NCBI GenBank assembly: GCA_964016885.1 | Contig: OZ024740.1 | Location: 142,414,001 to 142,478,000, forward strand | DNA: 64,000 nucleotides | From: Eledone cirrhosa | Lineage: Eukaryota | Direction: 5' to 3' | Shown: piece after piece, positions 45,201 to 63,600 of the stretch | How the letters are laid out: every line of letters starts with the position of its first letter | Position numbering within the stretch: the first letter of the stretch is position 1 | Position numbers and translations under genes: made by a program | Notes under the pieces: model-generated | Seen by the model: only the letters and a program-made list of their open reading frames with translations | Databases searched by the model: none | Told to the model about the DNA's origin: nothing

Positions 45201-48200
45201 ATCAACAACACCACCTTCAACAAAATCACCATCAACAACATCACATTCAACAACACCACCATCAGCAACATCACCATCAACAACACCACCATCAACAACA
45301 CCACCATCAACAACACCACCATCAACAACATCACCAACAACAACATCACCATCATCAACACCACTATCAACAACATCACCACCAACAACATCACCATCAA
45401 CAACATCACCATCAACAACATCACCATCAACAACATCACCAACAACAACACCACCATCAACAACATCACCATCAACAACTCCACCATCAACAACATCACC
45501 ATCAACAACACTACCATCAACAACATCACCATCAACAAAACCACCATCAACAACACCACCATCAACAACACCACCATCAACAACACCACCATCATCAACA
45601 CCACCATCATCAACATCAACAACACCACCATCAACAACACCACCATCAACAACACCACCATCAACAACATCACCATTAACACCACCACCATCAACAACAC
45701 CACCATCAACAACACCACCATCACCAACACCACCATCAACACCACCAACATCAACAACACCACCATCAACACCACCAACATCAACAACACCACCATCAAC
45801 AACATCACCATCAACAACACCACCATCAACAACATCACCATCAACTACATCACCATCAACAACACCACCATCAACACCACCAACTTCAACAACACCATCA
45901 TCAACACCACCAACATCAACAACACCACCATCAACAACACCACCATCAAAAACATCACCATCAACAACACCACCATCAACACCACCAACATCAACAACAT
46001 CACCATCAACAACACCACCATCAACAACACCACCATCAACAACACCACACCGTCAACAACATCTCCATCAACAACATCACCATCAACAACACCACCATCA
46101 AATACATCACCATCAACAACATCACCATCAACAACATCACCATCAACAACACCACCATCAACAACACCACCATCAACAACATCACCATCAACAACATCAT
46201 CAACAGCATCACCATCAACAACATCACCATCAACAACATCACCATCAACAACACCACCATCAACAACATCACCATCAACAACATCACCATCAACAACATC
46301 ACCATCAACAACACCACCATCAACAACATCACCATCAACAGCACCAACATCAACAACATCACCATCAACAACACCACCATCAACAACATCACCATCAACA
46401 ACATCACCATCAACAACACCACCATCAACAACACCACCATCAACAACATCACCATCAACAACACCACCATCAACAACATCACCATCAACAACATCACCAT
46501 CAACAACACTACCATCAGCAACACCACTATCAACAACACCACCATCAACAACATCACCATCAACAACACCACTATCAACAACACCACCACCAACAACACC
46601 ACCATCAACAACATCACCATCAACAACACCACTATCAACAACACCACCACCAACAACACCACCATCACCAACATCATCATCAACAACACCACCATCAACA
46701 GCATCACCACCATCAACAACATCACCATCAACAACACCACCATCAACAACACCACCATCAACAACACAACCATCAACAACATCACCATCAACAACATCAC
46801 CATCAACAACATCACCATCAACAACACCACCATCAACAGCACCAACATCAACAACATCACCATCAACAACACCACCATTAACAACACCACCATCAACAAC
46901 ATCACCATCAACAACATCACCATCAACAACACCACCATCAACAACATCACCATCAACAACATCACCATCAACAACACCACCATCAACAACACCACCATCA
47001 ACAACACCACCATCAACAACATCACCATCAACAACATCACCATCAACAACACCACCATCAACAACACCACCATCAACAACATCACCATCAACAACACCAC
47101 CATCAACAACATCACCATCAACAACACCACCATCAACAACACCACCATCAACAATATCACCATCAACAACATCACCATCAACAACACCCCCATCAACAAC
47201 ACCACCATCAACAACACCACCATCAACAACATCACAATCAACAACATCACCATCAACAACACCACCATCAACAACACCACCATCAACAACATCACCATCA
47301 ACAACACCACCATCAACAACATCACCATCAACAACACCACCATCAACAACACCACCATCAACAACATCACCATCAACAACACCACCATCAACAACATCAC
47401 CATCAACAACACCATCATCAACAACATCACCATCAACAACACCACCATCACACCACCAACATCAACAACACCACCATCAACAACACCAGCATCAACAACA
47501 TCACCATCAACAACATCACCATCAACAGTATCACCACCATCAACAACATCACCATCAACAACATCACCATCAACAACATCACCATCAACAACATCACCAT
47601 CAACACCACCAACATCAACAACATCACCATCAACACCACCAACATCAACAACAACACATCAACATCATCACCATCAGCAACACCACCATCAACAACACCA
47701 CCATCAACAACACCACCATCAACAACACCACCATCAACAACATCACCATCAACAACACCACCATCAACACCACCAACATTAACAACATCACCATCAACAA
47801 CGCCACCATCAACAATACCACCATCAACAACACCACCATCAACTACATCACCATCAACAACATCACCATCAACAACACCACCATCAACAACATCACCATC
47901 AACAACATCACCATCAACAACACCACCATCAACAACACCACCATCAACAACACCACCATCAACAACATCACCATCAACAACATCACCATCAACAACATCA
48001 CCATCAACATCACCATCAACAACATCACCATCAACAACACCACCATCAACAACACCACCATCAACAACATCACCATCAACAACACCACCATCAACAACAT
48101 CACCATCAACAACACCACCATCAACAACACCACCATCAACAACATCACCATCAACAACACCACCATCAACAACATCACCATCAACAACACCACCATCAAC

Positions 48201-51200
48201 AACATCACCATCAACAACACCACCATCACACCACCAACATCAACAACACCACCTTCAACAACACCACCATCAACAACATCACCATCAACAACATCACCAT
48301 CAACAACATCACCATCAACAACATCACCATCAACACCACCAACATCAACAACATCACCATCAACACCACCAACATCAACAACAACACATCAACAACATCA
48401 CCATCAGCAACACCACCATCAACAACACCACCCTCAACAACACCACCATCAACAACACCACCATCAACAACATCACCATCAACAACACCACCATCAACAC
48501 CACCAACATTAACAACATCACCATCAACAACGCCACCATCAACAATACCACCATCAACAACACCACCATCAACTACATCACCATCAACAACATCACCATC
48601 AACAACACCACCATCAACAACATCACCATCAACAACATCACCATCAACAACACCACCATCAACAACACCACCATCAACAACACCACCATCAACAACATCA
48701 CCATCAACAACACCACCATCAACAACACCACCATCAACAACATCACCATCAACAACATCACCATCAACAACATCACCATCAACATCACCATCAACAACAC
48801 CATCATCAACAACATCACCATCAACAACACCACCATCAACAACATCACCATCAACAACATCACCATCAACAACACCACCATCAACAACATCACCATCAAC
48901 AACATCACCATCAACAACACCACCATCAACAACATCACCATCAACAACACCACCATCAGCAACACCACCATCAACAACATCACCATCAACAACATCACCA
49001 TCAACAACATCACCATCAACATCACCATCAACAACACCATCATCAACAACATCACCATCAACAACACCACCATCAACAACATCACCATCAACAACATCAC
49101 CATCAACAACACCACCATCAACAACATCACCATCAACAACATCACCATCAACAACACCACCATCAACAACATCACCATCAACAACACCACAATCAACAAC
49201 ACCAACATCAACAACATCACCATCAACAACACCACCATCAACAACATCACCATCAACAACATCACCATCAACAACATCACCATCAACAACACCACCATCA
49301 ACAACACCACCATCAACAACACCACCATCAACAACATCACCATCAACAACACCACCATCAACAACACCACCATCAACAACATCACCATCAACAACACCAC
49401 CATCAATAACACCACCATCAATATCATCACCATCAACAACACCACCATCAACAACACCACCATCAACAACATCACCATCAACAACACCATCATCAACACC
49501 ACCAACATCAACAACACCACCATCAACAACATCACCATCATCAACACCACCTTCAACAACACCACCATTAACAACATCACCATCAACAACATCACCATCA
49601 ACAACATCACCATCATCAACACCACCATCAACAACATCACCATCAACAACATCACCATCAACACCACCAACATCAACAACACCACCATCAACAACACCAA
49701 AATCAACAACATCACCATCAACAACATCACCATCATCAACACCACCATCAACAACACCACCATCAACAACACCACCATCAACAACACCACCAACAACAAC
49801 ACAACCATCAACAACACCACCATCAACAACACCACCATCAACAACATCACCATCAACAACATCACCATCAACAACATCACCATCAACAACACCAACATCA
49901 ACAACACCACCATCAACAACACCAAAATCAACAACATCACCATCAACAACATCACCATCATCAACACCACCATCAACAACACCACCATCAACAACACCAC
50001 CATCAAAAACACCACCAACAACAACACAACCATCAACAACACCACCATCAACAACACCACCATCAACAACATCACCATCAACAACATCACCATCAACAAC
50101 ATCACCATCAACACCACCAACATCAACAACACCACCATCAACAACATCACCATCATCAACACCACCATCAACAACACCACCATTAACAACACCACCATCA
50201 ACAACACCACCAACAACAACACAACCATCAACAACACCACCACCAACAACACCACCATCAACAACACAACCATCGACAACACCACCATCAACAACATCAC
50301 CATCAACAACATCACCATCAACAACACCACCATCAACAACACCACCATCAACAACATCACCATCAACAACACCAGCATCAACAACATCACCATCAACAAC
50401 ACCACCATCAACAACACCACCATCAACAACACCACCATCAACACCACCAACATCAACAACATCACCATTAACAACAACATCAAAAACATCACCATCAACA
50501 ACACCACCATCAACAACATCACCATCAACACCACCAACATCAACAACATCACCATTAACAACAACATCAACAACATCACCATCAACAACATCACCATCAA
50601 CAACATCACCATCAACAACACCACCATCAACAACATCACCATCATCAACACCAACATCAACAACACCAGCATCAACAACATCACCATCAACAACACCACC
50701 ATCAACAACACCACCATCAACAACACCACCATCAACACCACCAACATCAACAACATCACCATTAACAACAACATCAACAACATCACCATCAACAACACCA
50801 CCATCAACAACACCACCATCAAGAACATCACCATCAACAACACCACCATCAACAACATCACCGTCAACAACATCACCATCAACAACATCACCATCAACAA
50901 CTACACCATCAACAACTACACCATCAACAACACCAGCATCAACAACATCACCATCAACAACACCACCATCAACAACACCACCATCAACAACACCACCATC
51001 AACACCACCAACATCAACAACATCACCATTAACAACAACATCAACAACATCACCATCAACAACACCACCATCAACAACACCACCATCAAGAACATCACCA
51101 TCAACAACACCACCATTAACAACATCACCGTCAACAACATCACCATCAACAACATCACCATCAACAACTACACCATCAACAACTACACCATCAACAACAC

Positions 51201-54200
51201 CAGCATCAACAACATCACCATCAACAACACCACCATCAACAACACCACCATCAACAACACCACCATCAACACCACCAACATAAACAACATCACCATTAAC
51301 AACAACATCAACAACATCACCATCAACAACACCACCATCAACAACACCACCATCAAGAACATCACCATCAACAACACCACCATCAACAACATCACCGTCA
51401 ACAACATCACCATCAACAACATCACCATCAACAACTACACCATCAACAACTACACCATCAACAACACCACCATCAACAACAGCACCATCAACAACATCAC
51501 CATCAACAACATCACCATCAACAACTACACCATCAACAACTACACCATCAACAACACCACCATCAACAACATCACCATCAACAACACCACCATCAACAAC
51601 ACCACCATCAACAACACCACCATCAACAACATCACCATCAACAACACCACCATCAAAAACATCACCATCAACAACACAACCATCAACAACATCACCATCA
51701 ACAACATCACGATCATCAACACCACCATCAACAACATCACCATCAACAACATCACCATCAACAACACCACCATCAAAAACATCACCATCAACAACACCAC
51801 CATCAACAACATCACAATCAACAACATCACCATCAACAACACCACCATCAACAACATCACCATTAGCGACACCACCATCAACAACATCACCATCAACAAC
51901 ATCACCATCATCAACACCGCCATCAACAACACCACCATCAACAACACCACCATCAACAACATCACCATCAACAACACCACCATCAACACCACCAACATCA
52001 ACAACATCACCATTAACAACAACATCAACAACATCACCATCAACAACAGCACCATCAACAACATCACCATCAACAACACCACCATCAACAACACCACCAT
52101 CAACAACATCACCATCAACAACACCACCATCAACAACACCACCATCAACAACATCACCATCAACAACACCACCATCAACAACACCACCATCAACAACATC
52201 ACCTTCAACAACATCACCATCAACAACAGCACCATCAACAACATCACCATCAACAACACCACCATCAACAACACCACCAACAACAACACCACCATCAACA
52301 ACACCACCATCAACAACATCACCATCAACAACATCACCATCAACAACACCACCATCAACAACATCAACATCAACAACACCACCATCAACAACACCACCAT
52401 CAACAAAATCACCATCAACAACATCACCATCAACAACATCACCGTTATCAACACCACCATCAACAACATCACCATCAACAACATCACCGTTATCAACACC
52501 ACCATCAACAACATCACCATCAACAACACCACCATCAACAACATCACCATCAACAACATCACCATCATCAACACCACCATCAACAACATCACCATCAACA
52601 ACATCACCATCAACAACATCACCATCAACAACACCACCATCAACAACATCACCATCAACAACATCACCATCAACAACATCACCATCAACAACACCACCAT
52701 CAACAACACCACCATCAACAACATCACCATCAACAACATCACCATCAACAACACCACCATCAACAACACCACCATCAACAACACCTCCATCAACAACACC
52801 ACCATCAACAAAATCACCATCAACAACACCACCATCAACAACACCACCATCAACACCACCAACATCAACAACATCACAATTAACAACAACTTCAACAACA
52901 TCACCATCAACAACACCAACATCAACAACATCAACAACACCACCATCAACAACACCACCATCAACAACACCACCATCAACGACACCACCATCAACAACAT
53001 CACCATTAACAATAACATCACCATCAACAACACCAACATCAACAACATCAACAGCACCACCATCATCAACACCACCATCAACAACACCACCATCAACAAC
53101 ACCACCATCAACAACATCACCATCAACAACACCACCATCAACAACACCACCATCAACAACATCACCATTAACAATAACATCAAGAACACCACCATCAACA
53201 AAATCACCATCAACAACATCACCATCAACAACACCACCATCAACAACACCACCATCAACAACATCACCATCAACAACATCACCATCAACAACACCACCAT
53301 CAACAACACCACCATCAACAACACCTCCATCAACAACACCACCATCAACAAAATCACCATCAACAACACCACCATCAACAACACCACCATCAACACCACC
53401 AACATCAACAACATCACCATTAACAACAACTTCAACAACATCACCATCAACAACACCAACATCAACAACATGAACAACACCACCATCAACAACACCACCA
53501 TCAACAACACCACCATCAACGACACCACCATCAATAACATCACCATCAACAACACCAACATCAACAACATCAACAGCACCATCAACAACACCACCATCAT
53601 CAACACCACCATCAACAACACCACCATCAACAACACCACCATCAACAACATCACCATCAACAACACCACCATCAACAACACCACCATCAACAACATCACC
53701 ATTAACAATAACATCAACAACACCACCATCAACAACATCACCATCAACAACATCACCATCAACAACATCACCATCAACAACACCACCATCAACAACATCA
53801 CCATCAACAACAACACCATCAACAACACCACCATCAACAACACTACCATCAACAACACCACCATGAACAACACCACCATCAACAACACCACCATCAACAA
53901 CACCACCATCAACACCGCCATCAACAACACCACCATCAACAACACCACCATCAACAACACCACCATCAACAACATCTCCAACAACAACATCACCATCAAC
54001 AACATCACCATCAACAACACCACCATCAACAACAACAATATCAACAACAACACCATCAACAACACCACCATCAACAACATCACCATCAACAACATCACCA
54101 TCAACAACATCACCATCAACAACACCACCATCAACAACAACAACATCAACAACACCACCATCAACAACACCACCATCAACAACACCACCATCAACAACAC

Positions 54201-57200
54201 CACCATCAACAACACCACCATCAACAACTTCACCATCAACAACACCACCATCAACAACACCACCATCAACAACAACAACATCATCAACATCACCATCAAC
54301 AACACCACCATCAACAACATCACCATCAGCAACACCAACATCAACAACATCACCATTAACAACAACACCATCAACACCACCAACATCAACAACATCACCA
54401 TTAACAACAACATCAACAACATCACCATGAACAACACCACCATCAACAACATCACCATCAACGACACTACCATCAACAACACCACCATCAACAACATCAC
54501 CATCAACAACACCACCATCAACAACATCACCATCAACAACCCCACCATCAACAACACCACCATTAACAACATCACCATCAACAACATCACCATCAACAAC
54601 ATCACCATCATCAACACCACCATCAACAACATCACCATCAACAACATCACCATCAACACCACCAACATCAACAACACCACCATCAACAACACTAAAATCA
54701 ACAACATCACCATCAACAACATCACCATCATCAACACCACCATCAACAACACCACCATCAACAACACCACCATCAACAACACCACCAACAACAACACAAC
54801 CATCAACAACACCACCATCAACAACACCACCATCAACAACACCACCATCAACACCACCACCATCAACAACATCACCATCAACAACACCACCATCAACAAC
54901 ACCACCATCAACAACACCACCATCAACAACATCACCATCAACAACACCACCATCAACAACACCACCATCAACAACATCACCATCAACACCACCAACATCA
55001 ACAACATCACCATTAACAACAACATCAAAAACATCACCATCAACAACACCACCATCAACAACATCACCATCAACACCACCAATATCAACAACATCACCAT
55101 TAACAACAACATCAACAACATCACCATCAACAACATCACCATCAACAACACCGTCATCAACAACACCACCATCAACAACATCACCATCAACAACACCACC
55201 ATCAACAACATCACCATCAACAACACCACCATCAACAACACCACCATCAACAACATCACCATCAACACCACCAACATCAACAACATCACCATTAACAACA
55301 ACATCAAAAACATCACCATCAACAACACCACCATCAACAACATCACCATCAACACCACCAACATCAACAACATCACCATTAACAACACCACTATCAACAA
55401 CATCACCATCATCAACTCCAACATCAACAACACCACCATCAACAACACCACCATCAACACCACCAACACCAACAACATCACCATTAACAACAACATCAAC
55501 AACACCACCATCAACAACATCACCATCAACAACATCACCATCAACAACACCACCATCAACAACATCACCATCAACAACATCACCATCAACAACACCACTA
55601 TCAACAACATCACCATCATCAACTCCAACATCAACAACACCAGCATCAACAACATCACCATCAACAACACCACCATCAACAACACCACCATCAACAACAC
55701 CACCATCAACACCACCAACATCAACAACATCACCATTAACAACAACATCAACAACATCACCATCAACAACACCACCATCAACAACACCACCATCAAGAAC
55801 ATCACCATCAACAACATCACCATCAACAATATGACCATCAACAACACCACCATCAACAACAGCTCCATCAACAACACCACCATCAACAACATCACCATCA
55901 ACAATATGACCATCAACAACACCACCATCAGCAATATGACCATCAACAACACCACCATCAACAACATCACCATCAACAACTACACCATCAACAACTACAC
56001 CATCAACAACACCACCATCAACAACATCACCATCAACAACACCACCATCAACAACACCACCATCAACAACACCACCATCAACATCATCACCATCAACAAC
56101 ACCACCATCAAAAACATCACCATCAACAACACAATCATCAACAACATCACCATCAACAACATCACCATCATCAACACCACCATCAACAACATCACCATCA
56201 ACAACATCACCATCAACAACACCACCATCAAAAACATCACCATCAACGACACCACCATTAACAACACCACCATCAACAAAATCACCATCAACAACACCAC
56301 CATCAACAACACCACCATCAACAACATCACCATCAACAACACCACCATCAACAACATCACCATCAACAACGCCACCATCAACAACATCACAATCAACAAC
56401 ATCACCATCAACAACACCACCATCAACAACATCACCATTAACAACGACACCATCAACAACATCACCATCAACAACATCACCATCATCAACACCACCATCA
56501 ACAACATCACCATTAACAACACCACCATCAACAACATCACAATCAACAACACCACCATCAACAACATCACCATCAACCACACCACCATCAAAAACATCAC
56601 CATCAACAACACAACCATCAACAACATCACCATCAACAACATCACCATCATCAACACCACCATCAACAACATCACCATCAACAACATCACCATCAACAAC
56701 ACCACCATCAAAAACATCACCATCAACAACACCACCATTAACAACACCACCATCAACAACATCACCATCAACAACATCACCATCATCAACACCACCATCA
56801 ACAACATCACCATCAACAACACCACCATTAACAACACAACCATCAACAACATCACCATCAACAACATCACCATCAACAACACCACCATCAAAAACATCAC
56901 CATCAACAACACCACCATTAACAACACCACCATCAACAACATCACCATCAACAACATCACCATCAACAACATCACCATCAACAACTACACCATCAACAAC
57001 TACACCATCAACAACACCACCATCAACAACATCACCATCAACAACACCACCATCAACAACACCACCATCAACAACACCACCATCAACAACATCAACATCA
57101 ACAACATAACCATCAACAACACCACCATCAACAACATCACCATCAACAACATCACCATCGACAACATCACCATCAACAACACCACCATCAACAACACCAC

Positions 57201-57699
57201 CATCAACAACACCACCATTAACAACACCACCATCAACAACATCACCATCAACAACACCACCATCAACAACATCACCATCAACAACATCACCATCAACAAC
57301 ATCACCATCAACAACTACACCATCAATAACACCACCATCAACACCACCAACATCAACAACATCACTATCAACAACAACACCATCAACAACACCACCATCA
57401 ACAACATCAGCATCAACAACACCACCATCAACAACACCACCATCAACAACACCACCATCAACAACATCACCATCAACAACATCGCCATCAACAACATCAA
57501 CATCAACAACATCACCATCAACAACATCACCATCATCAACACTACCATCAACAACATCACCATCAACAACATCACCATCAACACCACCAACATCAACAAC
57601 ACCACCATCAACAACACCACCATCAACAACACCACCATCACCAGCACCACCATCAACAACACCACCATCAACAACATCATCATCAACAACACCACCATC

Positions 57700-60600
57700 A
57701 ACACCGCCATCAACAACATCACCATTAACAACAACATCAACAACATCACCATCAACAACACCACCATCAACAACACCACCATCAACAACACCACCATCAA
57801 CAACATCACCATCAACAACATCGCCATCAACAACATCAACATCAACAACATCACCATCAACAACACCACCATCAACAACATCACCATCAACAACATCACC
57901 ATCAACAACGCCACCATCAACAACACCACCATCAACAACATCACCATCAACAACACCACCATCAACAACATCACCATCAACAACACCACCATCAACAACA
58001 TCACCATCAACATCATCACCATCATCAACACCACCATCAACAACACCATCATCAACAACACCACCATCAACACCACCAACATCAACAACATCACCATTAA
58101 CAACAACATCAACAACACCAGCATTAACAACACCACCATGAACAACATCACCATCAACACCACCAACATCAACAACACCACCATCAACAACATCACCATC
58201 AACAACACCACCATCAACAACATCACCATCAACAACATCACCATCAACAACACAACCATCAACAACATCACCATCAACAACTTCACCATCAACAACACCA
58301 CCATCAACAACATCACCATCAACAACACCACCATCAACAACATCACCATCAACAACACCACCATCAACAACACCACCATCAACAACATCATCATCAACAA
58401 CACCACCATCAACACCGCCATCAACAACAACATCACCATTAACAACAACATCAACAACATCACCATCAACAACGCCACCATCAACAACATCACCATCAAC
58501 AACACCACCATCAACAACACCACCATCAACAACATCACCATCAACAACACCACCATCAACAACATCACCATCAACAACACCACCATCAACAACATCACCA
58601 TCAACAACATCACCATCATCAACACCACCATCAACAACACCATCATCAACAACACCACCATCAACACCACCAATATCAACAACATCACCATTAACAACAA
58701 CATCAACAACACCACCATTAACAACACCACCATCAACAACATCACCATCAACACCACCAACATCAACAACACCACCATCAACACCACCAACATCAACAAC
58801 ATCACCATTAACAACAACATCAACAACACCACCATTAACAACACCACCATCAACAAGATCACCATGAACAACATCACAATCAACAACACCACCATCAACA
58901 ACATCACCATCAACAACACCACCATCAACAACATCACCATCAACAACATCACCATCAACAACACAACCATCAACAACATCACCATCAACATCTTCACCAT
59001 CAACAACACCACCATCAACAACACCACCATCAACACTGCCATCAACAAAAACATCACCATTAACAACAACATCAACAACATCACCATCAACAACACCACC
59101 ATCAACAACATCACCATCAACAACACCACCATCAACAACACCATCAACAACATCACCATCAACAACATCACCATCAACAACACAACCATCAACAACATCA
59201 CCATCAACAACTTCACCATCAACAACACCAACATTAACAACATCAACATCAACAACACCACCATCAACAACATCACCATCAACAACACAACCATCAACAA
59301 CATCACCATCAACAACTTCACCATCAACAACACCACCATCAACAACATCACCATCAACAACACCACCATCAACATCACCATCAACAACACCACCATCAAC
59401 AACACCACCATCAACAACACCACCATCAACAACATCACCATCAACAACATCACCATCAACAACACCACCATCAACAACATCACCATCAACAACACCACCA
59501 TCAACAACATCACCATCAACAACACCACCATCAACAACATCACCATCAACAACATCACCATCATCAACACCACCATCAACAACACCACCATCAACAACAC
59601 CACCATCATCAACACCACCATCAACAACACCACCATCAACAACACCACCATCAAAAACATCACCATCAACAACACCACCATCAACAACATCACCATCAGC
59701 AGCACCACCATCAACAACATCACCATCAACAACATCACCATCAATAACATCACCATCAACAGAACCAACATCAACAACATCACCATCAACAACATCACCA
59801 TCATCAACACCACCATCAACAACACCACCATCAACAACATCACCATCATCAACACCACCATCAACAACACCACCATCAACAACACCACCATCAAAAACAT
59901 CACCATCAACAACACCACCATCAACAACATCACCATCAACAGAACCAACATCAACAACATCACCATCATCAACACCAACATCAACAACATCACCATCAAC
60001 AACATCACCATCAACAACATCACCATCAACAACATCACCATCAACAACATCACCATCAACAACACAACCATCAACACCACCACCATCAACAACACCACCA
60101 TCAACAACACCACCATCAACAACATCACCATCAACAACACCACCATCAACAACATCACCATCAACAGAACCAACATCAACAACATCACCATCATCAACAC
60201 CAACATCAACAACATCACCATCAACAACATCACCATCAACAACATCACCATCAACAACATCACCATCAACAACATCACCATCAACAACACAACCATCAAC
60301 ACCACCACCATCAACAACACCACCATCAACAACACCACCATCAACAACACCACCATCAACAACATCACCATCAACAACACCACCATCAACACCACCAACA
60401 TCAACAACATCACCATTAACAACAACATCAACAACATCACCATCAACAACACCACCATCAACAACACCACCATCAAAAACATCACCATCAACAACACCAC
60501 CATCAACAACACCAACATCAACAACATCACCATCAACAACACCACCATCAACAACACCACCATCAACAACACCAACATCAACAACACCACCATCAACAAC

Positions 60601-63600
60601 ATCACCATCAACAACATCACCATCAACAACACCACCATCAACAACACCACCATCAACAACACCAACATCAACAACACCACCATCAACAACACCACCATCA
60701 ACAACACCACCATCAACAACATCACCATCAACAACACCACCATCAACACCACCAACATCAAGAACATCACCATCAACTATATGAACATCAACAACATCGC
60801 CATCAACAACATCATCATCAACAACACCACCATCAACACCGCCATCAACAACATCACCATTAACAACAACATCAACAACATCACCATCAACAACACCACC
60901 ATCAACAACACCACCATCAACAACACCACCATCAACAACATCACCATCAACAACATCGCCATCAACAACACCACCATCATCAACATCACCATCAACAACA
61001 TCACCATCAACAACGCCACCATCAACAACACCACCATCAACAACATCACCATCAACAACACCACCATCAACAACATCACCATCAACAACACCACCATCAA
61101 CAACATCACCATCAACATCATCACCATCATCAACACCACCATCAACAACACCATCATCAACAACACCACCATCAACACCACCAACATCAACAACATCACC
61201 ATTAACAACAACATCAACAACACCAGCATTAACAACACCACCATGAACAACATCACCATCAACACCACCAACATCAACAACACCACCATCAACAACATCA
61301 CCATCAACAACACCACCATCAACAACATCACCATCAACAACATCACCATCAACAACACAACCATCAACAACATCACCATCAACAACTTCACCATCAACAA
61401 CACCACCATCAACAACATCACCATCAACAACACCACCATCAACAACATCACCATCAACAACACCACCATCAACAACACCACCATCAACAACATCATCATC
61501 AACAACACCACCATCAACACCGCCATCAACAACAACATCACCATTAACAACAACATCAACAACATCACCATCAACAACGCCACCATCAACAACATCACCA
61601 TCAACAACACCACCATCAACAACACCACCATCAACAACATCACCATCAACAACACCACCATCAACAACATCACCATCAACAACACCACCATCAACAACAT
61701 CACCATCAACAACATCACCATCATCAACACCACCATCAACAACACCATCATCAACAACACCACCATCAACACCACCAATATCAACAACATCACCATTAAC
61801 AACAACATCAACAACACCACCATTAACAACACCACCATCAACAACATCACCATCAACACCACCAACATCAACAACACCACCATCAACACCACCAACATCA
61901 ACAACATCACCATTAACAACAACATCAACAACACCACCATTAACAACACCACCATCAACAAGATCACCATGAACAACATCACAATCAACAACACCACCAT
62001 CAACAACATCACCATCAACAACAGCACCATCAACAACATCACCATCAACAACATCACCATCAACAACACAACCATCAACAACATCACCATCAACATCTTC
62101 ACCATCAACAACACCACCATCAACAACATCACCATCAACAACACCACCATCAACAACATCACCATCAACAACACCACCATCAACAACACCACCATCAACA
62201 ACATCATCATCAACAACATCAACAACATCATCATCAACAACACCACCATCAACACTGCCATCAACAACAACATCACCATTAACAACAACATCAACAACAT
62301 CACCATCAACAACACCACCATCAACAACATCACCATCAACAACACCACCATCAACAACACCATCAACAACATCACCATCAACAACATCACCATCAACAAC
62401 ACCACCATCAACATCACCATCAACAACACAACCATCAACAACATCACCATCAACAACTTCACCATCAACAACACCAACATTAACAACATCAACATCAACA
62501 ACACCACCATCAACAACATCACCATCAACAACACAACCATCAACAACATCACCATCAACAACTTCACCATCAACAACACCACCATCAACAACATCACCAT
62601 CAACAACACCACCATCAACATCACCATCAACAACACCACCATCAACAACACCACCATCAACAACACCACCATCAACAACATCACCATCAACAACATCACC
62701 ATCAACAACACCACCATCAACAACATCACCATCAACAACACCACCATCAACAACATCACCATCAACAACACCACCATCAACAACATCACCATCAACAATA
62801 TCACCATCATCAACACCACCATCAACAACACCACCATCAACAACACCACCATCATCAACACCACCATCAACAACACCACCATCAACAACACCACCATCAA
62901 AAACATCACCATCAACAACACCACCATCAACAACATCACCATCAACAGCACCACCATCAACAACATCACCATCAACAACATCACCATCAATAACATCACC
63001 ATCAACAGAACCAACATCAACAACATCACCATCAACAACATCACCATCATCAACACCACCATCAACAACACCACCATCAACAACATCACCATCATCAACA
63101 CCACCATCAACAACACCACCATCAACAACACCACCATCAACAACATCACCATCAACAACACCACCTTCAACACCACCAACATCAACAACATCACCATTAA
63201 CAACAACATCAACAACATCACCATCAACAACACCACCATCAACAACATCACCATCAACAACACCACCATCAACAACACCACCATCAACAACATCACCATC
63301 ATCAACACCACCATCAACAACACCACCATCAACAACACCACCATCATCAACACCACCATCAACAACACCACCATCAACAACACCACCATCAACAACATCA
63401 CCATCATCAACACCACCATCAACAACACCACCATCAACAACACCACCATCAAAAACATCACCATCAACAACACCACCATCAACAACATCACCATCAACAG
63501 CACCACCATCAACAACATCACCATCAATAAAATCACCATCAATAACATCACCATCAACAGAACCAACATCAACAACATCACCATCATCAACACCAACATC

